DNA from: an uncultured Gammaproteobacteria bacterium
GTDB lineage: Bacteria; Patescibacteriota; Microgenomatia; Levybacterales; UBA12049
Length of the DNA stretch: 58,743 bases
Reading direction: 5' to 3'
NCBI GenBank assembly: GCA_964646925.1
Contig: CAZYIC010000001.1
Coordinates: forward strand, 1-58,743
Below are positions 1 through 8,865 of the stretch, piece by piece. Position 1 is the first letter of the stretch; each line of letters begins with the position of its first letter. A program made the translations under genes and the position numbers. Under the pieces are notes generated by a model. That model was not told the origin of the DNA, ran no database searches, and saw only the letters and a program-made list of their open reading frames with translations.

Positions 1-949
1 CTATGTATGTACCGCTAAGCCAATAGTTTCTAGTAGCGGGATTGCCAAAAAAATCCGGGACAAAAATGGTCACAGCGTGAAAGAGAGGGATTAACAGCTT
101 TAGAAAAGATGCTTGAGGATATGGCGTCCTTGCTGACTGAGAAAATAGCTCAATCATTGGAAATAATTGCGCTGCCGATAACAGTATTGGCAAAACTAAA
201 ATCAGACAAAAGATCGACAGCTTTTTAAGCCTATCTTTCTTGTCAATGAAAAAAATATTAAAAATAATAAATGCCGCAAGAAAAACAAATACGTAGAATG
301 CTGTCTGGATATATCCTGCAAGAATTGCAAAAGTTAATGACAAAGATATTGCAATAGATTTTATGACGCTTGGTTTTTTAAGATTTTTAAGCGTAACCCA
401 CATGGCAAAAGGCATCCACGCTATAGAATGACCAATATTCCCATACTCTATCCATACAATGGAATAGGAAGAAAACGCAAATAATAAACCGGAGAAAACC
501 GAACTCCTTATGCCAAGCTTAAGCTCCCGCGCAAATAAAAAACTAAATATTCCGGTTAGAACAGGCTGTAAAATGATAAACATTGTCCACGCAAGTACAT
601 AAGGAAACATAAAAAATAATATATTTAAAGGATAAAATGATCCCGACTGAAGACTGGCTATATGAGGATTTCCGGAAAAATTATAGGGATTCCAAAGAGG
701 AAGCTCAAAGTTTTTAAACATTCTAATTGAAAATTCTTTCTCCGGATACAAAAGCCTAATAACGTCGAAATCCTGTCCTTTATTTGGGTAGCCCCCTGGG
801 GCGTATCCCAAGAATGAATATGAATTGTATGGAGCATACTCTCCAATAAGAAGATCGCCCGGAAAGGGAACTTTACCCTTAAAGATGGGGTAAAAGAAGA
901 TCAGTGATACGGCTATAAAAATGAGAATAACAAAAATTGATCTTCTCAT
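1..949 (-). CDS. YfhO-like polytopic membrane glycosyltransferase; N-terminal 316 codons only, 3' end runs off the window
   Basis: Absent from the ORF track because no stop lies inside the window. My translation from ATG (949-947) is MRRSIFVILIFIAVSLIFFYPIFKGKVPFPGDLLIGEYAPY...ELPLWNPYNFSGNPHIASLQSGSFYPLNILFF and stays open to position 1. Multi-TM protein with a YfhO-like N-terminal loop pattern. Confidence 0.55.
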   Translation of the reverse strand, partial: MRRSIFVILIFIAVSLIFFYPIFKGKVPFPGDLLIGEYAPYNSYSFLGYAPGGYPNKGQDFDVIRLLYPEKEFSIRMFKNFELPLWNPYNFSGNPHIASLQSGSFYPLNILFFMFPYVLAWTMFIILQPVLTGIFSFLFARELKLGIRSSVFSGLLFAFSSYSIVWIEYGNIGHSIAWMPFAMWVTLKNLKKPSVIKSIAISLSLTFAILAGYIQTAFYVFVFLAAFIIFNIFFIDKKDRLKKLSIFCLILVLPILLSAAQLFPMIELFSQSARTPYPQASFLKLLIPLFHAVTIFVPDFFGNPATRNYWLSGTYI

Positions 950-950
950 C

Positions 951-2459
951 TTACTTTATCTTATAAATACTTGTATAATTATCTCCTGCTCCCCTAATTC
1001 GCAAAATAGGATTTAGATTCCATTGAACAGGAGCAGTCCCCGGATATTCGCAGGAAGAACATGGTTGATAAAAAAGAAAATAAGTAGGAATTTTTTTGCT
1101 CTCTTCAATTACCTTCGTTGGAATTACATCTCCTACAGGCCAGTAACCATCTATTTTTATATTTGGGTTATTAACAAGATATATTTCGAGAGCAAACGGC
1201 ATTAATCCGAAAGTGCCTTGCGTAGCAACGTAAATTTTCCCCTTCTTTACTTCTTTTTTGAAAAACTCAACAACTCCGTTAATCCCTCCGCCTGCAGGCC
1301 AATCAGTTAGGTACTGTTTTGTATCTGAAACAGGAATGCGCGCATTAGCAAAATCATTCAATATTAAATAATCTGTTTTAAAAGCCAGTGCAAAAACCAG
1401 AAAAAGGAATACGGGGAATATGTAAAGCATCTTAAATTTCGCATAAATATTTATTAAAGAAAATGCAATTAACGGAAGCAGCGGGAGAATCATGAAGAAA
1501 ATAAAACGGGGAAATAGAGTTTTTCCAAAAAATCCAAGAGCTACAATGGGAATAATAAACCAAAGAAAAAGAACTATTTTTTCTCTTAAAAAAGACCTGC
1601 TTATAAAAAAAGACGAAAGCGTTAGGGCAAGAAGCGGCCAGGTTAAATAACGTATTACCCAATCCCAAAATGCCTGCCAGTTACTAATAAAAAACTCTAG
1701 CGGATGCCGCATCCATTCTTTCAGAGGATAAACAAAGATTGCATTTTTTTCTGCAATTATATGGAAGAAAGGAGAAAGCCTTAAAATAGAATAAAAACCA
1801 TATGTAACCACAACAGCAATAGCTGCAAAAAAAACCCATTTTGCAAACCTCTGCCTTAATCCTTTTTCTTTCCAATTAAACAACATTAAAGACACAGGCA
1901 AAAGATAAATGCTAAAAAAAGCATTTGTTTTGGTCAGAACTCCACCTCCTACTACCATTCCGAGAATTAACGCAATATCCAGACGAATTCTTCTAGTCAA
2001 TAGAACAATTAGAAACAATGCCCAAATGGCAAAAGTTCCGACAAGGCCATCATACAAAGCCATTCTATCGTATACTAAGGCCATCGGAAAAATTAAATAT
2101 AGAAAGCTGGAAATCAATCCAATCTTATTGCTCTTAAATATCTCTTTTCCCAAAAAATACATTCCCATTAAAGTCATAAATCCGGCTCCAACGGACACGA
2201 GTCTTCCGGCCAACAAGGGGTCCTGAATAAAACGAAGAGAAATCATCATCAACCAAATAAACATTGGTTGCTTACCATCAGTCAGAGAAATAAATCTCCA
2301 GTTTGCGTCTTGTTTTGCAATTTGCGCCCAGCGGATGTAAATTGCCTCATCGGTAAAAATCGGCAAAGATAAAATACTGTAGAGCCGAGTTACGAAATAT
2401 ATTAATACTAGAACTGCCAAAACAAAAAACTCAAGCTTGTATTTTTTTAATAAAACCAT
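951..2459 (-). CDS. ArnT/PMT-like GT-C glycosyltransferase (GT39/GT83-type), polyprenyl-phosphate-sugar dependent
   Basis: 502-aa polytopic membrane ORF. First-loop motif FTDEAIYIRWA (DExxY) followed by GKQPMF, typical of the ArnT/PMT_2 family. Confidence 0.65.
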   Translation of the reverse strand: MVLLKKYKLEFFVLAVLVLIYFVTRLYSILSLPIFTDEAIYIRWAQIAKQDANWRFISLTDGKQPMFIWLMMISLRFIQDPLLAGRLVSVGAGFMTLMGMYFLGKEIFKSNKIGLISSFLYLIFPMALVYDRMALYDGLVGTFAIWALFLIVLLTRRIRLDIALILGMVVGGGVLTKTNAFFSIYLLPVSLMLFNWKEKGLRQRFAKWVFFAAIAVVVTYGFYSILRLSPFFHIIAEKNAIFVYPLKEWMRHPLEFFISNWQAFWDWVIRYLTWPLLALTLSSFFISRSFLREKIVLFLWFIIPIVALGFFGKTLFPRFIFFMILPLLPLIAFSLINIYAKFKMLYIFPVFLFLVFALAFKTDYLILNDFANARIPVSDTKQYLTDWPAGGGINGVVEFFKKEVKKGKIYVATQGTFGLMPFALEIYLVNNPNIKIDGYWPVGDVIPTKVIEESKKIPTYFLFYQPCSSCEYPGTAPVQWNLNPILRIRGAGDNYTSIYKIK

Positions 2460-3603
2460 AACCTAAGGATACCACAACGGAAAGAAGAATTGAAGCTGTA
2501 CTGAGCCAAAGCAGTATTACAGGAACAGGGTTATCCCAATTTCCCAGATACAAAAAGGGGAGATACTGCAAAAGAGAAAATAACGACAGAATCACTCCTG
2601 GAATAAAAAAATAATATTTTTTTGAAACCAATGCTATGAACGGTAATAGATTCAAAAGATACCAAGGCTGAAAATTAGTTCTAATTGTTGCTAGAATTAC
2701 CGGAACTACCATTAAAATCGCCATCGCTGAAAATAAAATTTCCCAATTCAACTGTTTTTTCCTTTTTTGAAGATACAGAATTAATATGTAAATCGGTAGA
2801 ATAAAAGCCGTTGCAAATTTTACCCCAACTGATAATATGAGTAATATAATTGCACGAACATATTTCGTATTCATTAATAAATAAACTGAAAACAATGCCA
2901 AAAGCATCATAACTATATCATTATGGGAAGATACTAAGCTTTCAATAATGACTAAAGGATTTAAGGCAAAAAAGGCAGTGCCAAAAACTTCATTTTCCGG
3001 TGAGACTTTGCGTAAAATTTTGCTTATAAAAAAAGCTGTTCCCAAAAAACTTATTGATACAAGAGCTTTGAAAAGAAAAAATGTCGGTAAAAAAAATTTT
3101 AATCCGACAGACAAAGGAACTGTTAAACCAAGCCAGATTGGCCCGTAAGGGAAAACTCTATGTGTCCAATGCATAAAAGAAAGCATTGGGTCTCCCGGAA
3201 AATCTAACGCCCTATACAAATAAGGATTCTTATGATAAAAAGTCACGATCTTTGCATCGAAGATATAATTAAAAAGATCGTATGAAAAAGCATTGTAAGA
3301 AAATGTCAGCAGAAGAGCAGTTGAAATAATTAAAAACCAGATTGTCTGCCTATTAATCTTTCCTTCGTGAATCTTTCGAAGAATCATTAAGTAAAAAAAG
3401 AAAAGAAACAGAACAATTCCGGCAAATAGAAAACTCGAAAGAGGTCTTTGAAAATAACCAATATTTTGGAAAAACTTCTGTATAACTTGCCAAACCGACC
3501 ATTCCGATAATGTCAGATTAAGGTCTACCTGCGTAAAAGAATAAAAAAACAACCCAACTACGGCTGATAAGTATCCAATAGTCCAAATTGAAAATTTTTT
3601 CAA
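2431..3603 (-). CDS. Polytopic GT-C-like membrane protein (DUF2029/GT87-like mannosyltransferase-type)
   Basis: 390-aa ORF with more than 9 TM segments. Loop FNYIFDAKIVTFYHKNPY...HWTHRVFPYGPIWL resembles DUF2029-type glycosyltransferases. Overlaps both neighbours, operon-like. Confidence 0.45.
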   Translation of the reverse strand: MKKFSIWTIGYLSAVVGLFFYSFTQVDLNLTLSEWSVWQVIQKFFQNIGYFQRPLSSFLFAGIVLFLFFFYLMILRKIHEGKINRQTIWFLIISTALLLTFSYNAFSYDLFNYIFDAKIVTFYHKNPYLYRALDFPGDPMLSFMHWTHRVFPYGPIWLGLTVPLSVGLKFFLPTFFLFKALVSISFLGTAFFISKILRKVSPENEVFGTAFFALNPLVIIESLVSSHNDIVMMLLALFSVYLLMNTKYVRAIILLILSVGVKFATAFILPIYILILYLQKRKKQLNWEILFSAMAILMVVPVILATIRTNFQPWYLLNLLPFIALVSKKYYFFIPGVILSLFSLLQYLPFLYLGNWDNPVPVILLWLSTASILLSVVVSLGYGFIKKIQA

Positions 3604-4355
3604 TCGTATTCCCCTCTTAAGGCTTTTGCCTTTATTCTCAAAAGATCCATAAAGCCCTCGATTGAATCTTTGATAGGATTCACCCTTCTTGTTTCTACGT
3701 ACAACCAGCTTACAGGCACTTCCTTAATCTTATACCCAATTTTTTGAGCAAGGTATAATAGCTCAACATCAAACCCTGCAGAAACATTTGATCCGGAAAC
3801 TTTTTTAAAATTATTGTGCAGTTTATTAATTCTACTAAAAAGTTTTTGAGCCACCTGTTTTTTAAATATTTTGAATCCGCATTGAGTATCGGAAATTCCA
3901 TTAAGTCCTACCAGAAAAGTTCTTAAAGAAATCATACCCTTTGCCATAAGAATCCTTGTCCACGGCGCGCCTTTTCTTTGAGATTTTCTTGAACCAACAA
4001 CGATATCGTAACCGCTATTAAAAAACGGCAAAAGTTTGTCAACTTCCTCAATCGGAGTTGCCTGATCCATATCGGTAAACAAAACGTAATCGCCTTTCGA
4101 ATTCAAGACCCCCGCTGTTACCGCGCCTGCTTTTCCTAAATGAGAATTTTCTATTAATTTAAAATTGGGATTATTTGAAGAAAATTTTCTTACAAACTCA
4201 ACGCTTCCGTCTGTTGATCCGTCATCTACCACTATTACTTCGTACGAATAATTTTTCTTACTCAAAAAATGCTCAACTTTGTCCAAAACCCCTTTCTGCA
4301 AATTCGCCATCTCATCGTATGAGGGAATAACAACAGATAAAAAAATCTTTCTCAT
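3600..4355 (-). CDS. GT2 glycosyltransferase, polyprenyl-phosphate glycosyl synthase type (Dpm1/ArnC/GtrB-like)
   Basis: 251 aa. LSVVIPSYDE...VIVVDDGSTDGS...FTDMD motifs of GT-A family 2. Confidence 0.8.
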   Translation of the reverse strand: MRKIFLSVVIPSYDEMANLQKGVLDKVEHFLSKKNYSYEVIVVDDGSTDGSVEFVRKFSSNNPNFKLIENSHLGKAGAVTAGVLNSKGDYVLFTDMDQATPIEEVDKLLPFFNSGYDIVVGSRKSQRKGAPWTRILMAKGMISLRTFLVGLNGISDTQCGFKIFKKQVAQKLFSRINKLHNNFKKVSGSNVSAGFDVELLYLAQKIGYKIKEVPVSWLYVETRRVNPIKDSIEGFMDLLRIKAKALRGEYD

Positions 4356-4377
4356 AAAGAAAATTATACTAAAAAAG

Positions 4378-4451
4378 TAGCCCCAAGGGGATTCGAACCC
4401 CTGATCTCAACCTTGAGAAGGTTGCATCCTAGACCACTAGACGATGGGGCC
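4378..4451 (-). tRNA. tRNA-Glu (anticodon CUC)
   Basis: 74-nt cloverleaf read on the minus strand: acceptor GGCCCCA/TGGGGCT, D-arm TCGTCTAGTGGTCTAGGAT, anticodon stem CAACC/GGTTG with loop TTCTCAA, T-arm AGGGG-TTCGAAT-CCCCT, discriminator A. CCA is not encoded. Confidence 0.9.
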
Positions 4452-4606
4452 ATGCATGGCAGGCGGGCGAAAGCGCCTCTACAGTTTATTTTACTCTAAA
4501 ATACTTCCCCAAACAAGCCTTCTCCGAAGTTTTCCAACTGAGATTTTCTATATCAATATAATAAGGAAAATTACTCGTCTACGATTTTGATTTTGGAGAA
4601 TAGTAG

Positions 4607-5074
4607 TTAGTTAAGGATAAATATAGAAAAGTTTAGGATGGAAGCAATAGTAACCCAAACGATGTAGGGATATAAAAGGTAGGCCGCGTTTTTGTCTACC
4701 AATAATGATTGTCTGATAGTGATAAAAATAAAAATCCAAAGAGCGATAATTTCGACAAATGCCAAAAAGATATTGTGCATTCCAAAGAAAATAATTGACC
4801 AAAGAAAATTAAGCGCAAGTTGAATGAAAAATAATCTAATAGCTTTTCCTTTTCCCTTTTTCTTCGAAGTCCACAGGAGATATAAAGAAATTCCCATCAG
4901 AATATAAAGAGTTGTCCAAACAGGTCCAAAAACCCAATTCGGCGGAGCAAAGACGGGTTTATTCAAAACTGCATACCAAGCATTAATTGCAGAAACGGTA
5001 AAAACAGAACCCAAAGCACCGATGGCAAGAGGAAGAACAATTGAAGCAGCTAATTTAAGCAGATTTATCCTCAC
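4607..5074 (-). CDS. tspO: TspO/MBR tryptophan-rich sensory protein (tetrapyrrole-binding membrane protein)
   Basis: 155 aa with 5 TM segments. WYAVLNKPVFAPPNWVFGPVWTTLYILMGISLYLLW is the TspO signature region. GTG start in the track. Confidence 0.85.
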   Translation of the reverse strand: MRINLLKLAASIVLPLAIGALGSVFTVSAINAWYAVLNKPVFAPPNWVFGPVWTTLYILMGISLYLLWTSKKKGKGKAIRLFFIQLALNFLWSIIFFGMHNIFLAFVEIIALWIFIFITIRQSLLVDKNAAYLLYPYIVWVTIASILNFSIFILN

Positions 5075-5134
5075 AATATTAGTATTGCAGAGAACTTACC
5101 GCAATGCAAGTTCCCAAGAAGTAAAATTAATATA

Positions 5135-5473
5135 CTGAAATTCTCCCGCCTCTGCTTTGCTTTAGACAGGCAAATCCTCCATAGACGGGGAACGTTTGAC
5201 GTTCCGGGCAGGCATTTCGGCCGATTCTTCTCTAACTAACAATGTAAGATTGTACCGAGATTGTACCGATACGGGATCGGAATAGCTTGGCGATGTGGTA
5301 CAATTTTCTATTGCTCTCCTTCTAAACCTGCCCGCAAATGCTACGCAAAGCGTTGCAGGCGGGGGCGGGCAAGCGTGAAAAAACGTCACTCTCAGCGCGG
5401 CAATTGTCAAGCTCAGCTTGACGCAAAAATTTTTTTTAAATTCCAAATTTAATCCACCTCTCGGGGATTTCAG
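5135..5473. ncRNA. Unclassified GC-rich, highly self-complementary segment: candidate structured RNA or nest of palindromic elements
   Basis: Lies in a 445-nt gap. Local G+C is about 63% (5341-5400, hand count) against about 30% in the flanks. It has a terminal helix (5135-5148 with 5462-5473) and at least 6 internal helices. There is no plausible ORF and no RNase P, tmRNA or SRP signature. Confidence 0.4.
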
Positions 5474-5519
5474 CTCTGCGGATGCTTCAATAATCTCTCC
5501 AATTTTTGAAACCATACTT

Positions 5520-6335
5520 TTATTTTAATCTCTTAATTGATGGGTTGCCTAACAATGACTGCATTTGAATAATGGCAATTTCATTCAATTGCATTAAGCG
5601 CTCGTTTTGAGACAAACCTTGGCGGATAAGTTCGGAATTTATTCCTTCCAAATTTGCCAATACAACCAATTGTGTAACATCAGAATAGTCACGGATGTTT
5701 CCCTCTTTCTTTGGGTTTTCATCACGCCAATTTTTCGCAGTTTTCCCAAATAATGCCATATTTAAAACGTCCGCTTCATTAGCGTACATAATATTAGTAG
5801 ATTGTTTGGATAGATAAGGAGGAATTAAATGTTTTTTAATCGCATCGGTATGAATTTTGTAATTTATTTTTGTTAAAGTTCTTTTGGCATTCCAACCCAA
5901 TGCCAAACGCTGATTTTCTTCTTCCTTAAGACGCTGAAATTCTTTAATTAAATAAATTTTAAATTCTGGACTGATCCACATCCCAAATTCAAAGGCTATA
6001 TCCTTATGGGCATACGTACCTCCATATCGACCTGCAGTTGCCTTAAGTCCGATAGCTTTTGTTTTTTCTACCCATTCTTTAACGCTTATTTTGTAGTTAT
6101 TCAAACCCGCTTGGCTTTTAATTATGGCAAATTCGCCATAATTAAAACTCTGGTTGTTTATGCTCTCCCAAATACCTAAGAATTCAATGGTATTTCTGTT
6201 CCTTAACCAGTCGGAGATAAAGAAATCTCCATCTTTTGCTTTTAACATATCGGTTAGGGAAATATAATCATGTTCTTTTTTGGAAATAACAGAAATTCTA
6301 ACGCCTTTAACATAAATTCTTTTATTTATATTCAT
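5520..6335 (-). CDS. KilA-N domain DNA-binding protein
   Basis: 271 aa. N-terminal ISLTDMLKAK...FISDWLRNRNTIEFLGIWE...GRYGGTYAHKDIAFEFGMWISPEFKIYLIKEF is the KilA-N fold signature, followed by a helical C-terminal half. Confidence 0.8.
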   Translation of the reverse strand: MNINKRIYVKGVRISVISKKEHDYISLTDMLKAKDGDFFISDWLRNRNTIEFLGIWESINNQSFNYGEFAIIKSQAGLNNYKISVKEWVEKTKAIGLKATAGRYGGTYAHKDIAFEFGMWISPEFKIYLIKEFQRLKEEENQRLALGWNAKRTLTKINYKIHTDAIKKHLIPPYLSKQSTNIMYANEADVLNMALFGKTAKNWRDENPKKEGNIRDYSDVTQLVVLANLEGINSELIRQGLSQNERLMQLNEIAIIQMQSLLGNPSIKRLK

Positions 6336-6494
6336 AGCAATTTACTTATTACCTTTTACATTATATTCTTTTCTATCTTTCTCTAAATTAAGTATTGCCA
6401 TATTTCGATTAACTCAATATCTTCAATAGTGTAATTGTGGCATTGTATAATGATAACATGAAAGAGGTTCGGATTTTTTCGTATAAGTCTACAG

Positions 6495-8858
6495 CTAGTC
6501 TATCGGTGAAGGGGCATGAAGAATCGGATGGCGAGACATAAATACAGATTCTGTTTTTTTAAGAGGCTTATTTAAGGCAATACCTATTACTTCATCCATA
6601 TGCGAGACGAATTTAAAGCTTAAATCCCTCACAACTTCTTTTGGCAATTCTACCAAATCTTTCTTATTTTCTTTCGGAACTATAATTGTTTTCAGCCCTG
6701 CTCTATGAGCTGCAATTACTTTTTCTTTGAGTCCTCCGATTTCCATAACGCGTCCGCGCAAAGTGATTTCCCCTGTCATTCCGACTCGTCTGTTAACGGG
6801 AATTTTTGTCAGAGCCGATATGATTGCTGAAGTTATTGCAATGCCGGCTGACGGACCGTCTTTGGGAACCGCGCCTTCGGGAACATGCACATGAACATCT
6901 ATTTTTTGATAAAACTTATCTGATAAACCAAATTGATTTGCCCGAGCTCTAATGTAGGACATTGCTGCCTGACACGATTCCTTCATCACGTCCCCGAGTT
7001 GACCTGTCAAAAGAAGCGTACCTTTTCCAGGCATCAGAGCCACTTCAATAAACAAAATGTCTCCTCCTGCTTCCGTCCAGGCGAGTCCGGTTGACATTCC
7101 AACCTCGTCTTTTTTCTCAACCAGCGTTGAGCTGATTTTAATAGGACCTAAATATTTTACGACTTCTTTTTCGGTAACTTTCACTTTCTGTTCTTTACCC
7201 TCCGCGATTAATTTTGCGACTTTCCTAAGGATTGCCGCGATTTGGCGCTCCAGACTTCTTACTCCCGCCTCCCTTGTGTAATGTTCGATGATAAAACGGA
7301 TGGCGGCATCCGTAATTTCCACTTTTTCGGAAGTCAAACCATGGTTTTCTATTTGTTTTTTGAGCAAAAAATCATGGGCAATTTTAAATTTTTCATCATG
7401 GGTATAACCTGCAAAAGTTATCACTTCCAGACGGTCTCTCAAAGCCGGCGGAATTGTGTCTAAAACATTTGCGGTTGTGACAAACATTACGTCAGATAAA
7501 TCAAAAGGGACTTCAAGATAATGATCCGAGAATTGATTGTTTTGTTCGGGATCCAGCGCTTCCAAAAGAGCGGATGATGGATCTCCTCTGAAATCCGTTC
7601 CTACTTTGTCAATTTCATCCAGCATAAAAACCGGATTTCGGGTCCCCGCATCCTTTACTCCCTGAATTATTCGTCCGGGCAAAGCTCCCACATATGTCCT
7701 TCTATGCCCTCTTATTTCCGCCTCGTCCCTAATTCCCCCAAGTGAAACTCTCACGAATTTTCTACCCAAAGACCTGGCAATAGATTTACCAATTGATGTT
7801 TTACCAACACCCGGAGGTCCTGCAAAACAGAGAATCGGCCCTTTCATTTTTCCGGATAGCTTGTGAACCGCCAAATACTCCACAATTCTTTCTTTGGCTT
7901 TTTTTAGCCCATAATGGTCCTCGTCCAAAATCTTTTCCGCATTGTTAATATCAACATTATTCTTGCTTTTGACAGCCCATGGAAGTGAAACCAGCCATTC
8001 CAAATAATTTCTGATATATCCTGCTTCGGGGTTAAATTGAGCCATCTGAGAAAGTTTTTTAACTTCTTTTTTTGCTTTTTGCTCAATTTCCTCCGGCATT
8101 TTGGCTTTTTTAATCTTCTCCAAAAGTTCGCCTGTTCCGCTTTCATCTTCATCCCCAAGCTCTTTTTCTATAGTCTTAAGACGCTCTCTAAGAATTGCTT
8201 CTCTCGCTCCCTTTTCAAATCTTTCCTGAGTTTTGGAGGCGATACGCTTTTCAAGTTCCAATATCTTCAGTTCTTTTGCGAGAAAATCCGCAATTTTTTC
8301 AAGTCTCTTTCCAACATCATTAATTTCCAATAATTCCTGCCGTTCTTGAGGCTTGATATCCAAAACAGACGCAATAAGATCAGCAAATTCATACGGAGAA
8401 TTGTCGGACATAATATTCATAAATACCAAAAAATCAACTGTTTTTCCAAGATTCATAGCGCGCCTGAATTCATTTGTTAAATGATTGCACAAAGCCTTAA
8501 TTTGAGGACTATTATCAACTACATCGGGAATCTCAATGATCTTTGCCATAAGATAAGAATTTTGATCCTCAATTGACATTATCCTAACTCTGGAAATTCC
8601 TTTAACCTGAGCAATTATCTCTCCTTGGGTTCGCGTCATTCTTTCAATACGGGACAATGTTCCAACAGAATATAAGTCGGAAGGACTTGGATCATTGAGT
8701 TTGGAATTTTTCTGAAGAACAAAACACACAATTCTTTCTCCTCCGAAAGATGATTCTAAAGCTGCCAGACTTTTTGGTCTGCCGAAAGTCAAAACCGAAT
8801 CTGTATTTGGAAATATGACCCCATCTCGTATCGGAATCAAAGGAACTAGTTTTTCCAT
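6495..8858 (-). CDS. lon: ATP-dependent Lon protease
   Basis: 787 aa. LON N-domain, Walker A GPPGVGKTS, catalytic PKDGPSAGIA Ser site. Confidence 0.97.
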   Translation of the reverse strand: MEKLVPLIPIRDGVIFPNTDSVLTFGRPKSLAALESSFGGERIVCFVLQKNSKLNDPSPSDLYSVGTLSRIERMTRTQGEIIAQVKGISRVRIMSIEDQNSYLMAKIIEIPDVVDNSPQIKALCNHLTNEFRRAMNLGKTVDFLVFMNIMSDNSPYEFADLIASVLDIKPQERQELLEINDVGKRLEKIADFLAKELKILELEKRIASKTQERFEKGAREAILRERLKTIEKELGDEDESGTGELLEKIKKAKMPEEIEQKAKKEVKKLSQMAQFNPEAGYIRNYLEWLVSLPWAVKSKNNVDINNAEKILDEDHYGLKKAKERIVEYLAVHKLSGKMKGPILCFAGPPGVGKTSIGKSIARSLGRKFVRVSLGGIRDEAEIRGHRRTYVGALPGRIIQGVKDAGTRNPVFMLDEIDKVGTDFRGDPSSALLEALDPEQNNQFSDHYLEVPFDLSDVMFVTTANVLDTIPPALRDRLEVITFAGYTHDEKFKIAHDFLLKKQIENHGLTSEKVEITDAAIRFIIEHYTREAGVRSLERQIAAILRKVAKLIAEGKEQKVKVTEKEVVKYLGPIKISSTLVEKKDEVGMSTGLAWTEAGGDILFIEVALMPGKGTLLLTGQLGDVMKESCQAAMSYIRARANQFGLSDKFYQKIDVHVHVPEGAVPKDGPSAGIAITSAIISALTKIPVNRRVGMTGEITLRGRVMEIGGLKEKVIAAHRAGLKTIIVPKENKKDLVELPKEVVRDLSFKFVSHMDEVIGIALNKPLKKTESVFMSRHPILHAPSPID

Positions 8859-8865
8859 ATTATCA

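Noticed and set aside
4453-4480. GC-rich GGCAGGCGGGCGAAAGCGCC next to tRNA-Glu as a tspO terminator or another repeat copy
   Set aside because: It has only a 4-bp GGCG/CGCC stem and no following T-run. Its resemblance to GCAGGCGGGGGCGGGCAAGCG (5356-5375) is compositional and too short to call.
5135-5473. Identification of the structured segment as RNase P RNA, tmRNA, SRP RNA or a cobalamin riboswitch upstream of tspO
   Set aside because: I looked on both strands for the conserved cores. I found no GGAAAGUCC or ACAGAA..CGGCUUA (RNase P), no tRNA-like GGGUUCGAxUCCC 3' arm or UCGAC 5' motif (tmRNA), and no GGAA/AGCA helix-8 motif (SRP). The only B12-box-like string (GGCCGAAAUGCCUGCC) matches about 10/16 positions and lacks the GGUGxAAxUCC core. 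This needs a covariance-model scan to settle.
5162-5515. 117-aa ORF on the minus strand filling the GC-rich gap
   Set aside because: Its composition (runs of R, A, P and C, e.g. CPPPPATLCVAFAGRFRRR) reflects GC-rich structured DNA. It has no SD or promoter context and no recognisable motif. It coincides exactly with the stem-forming segments.
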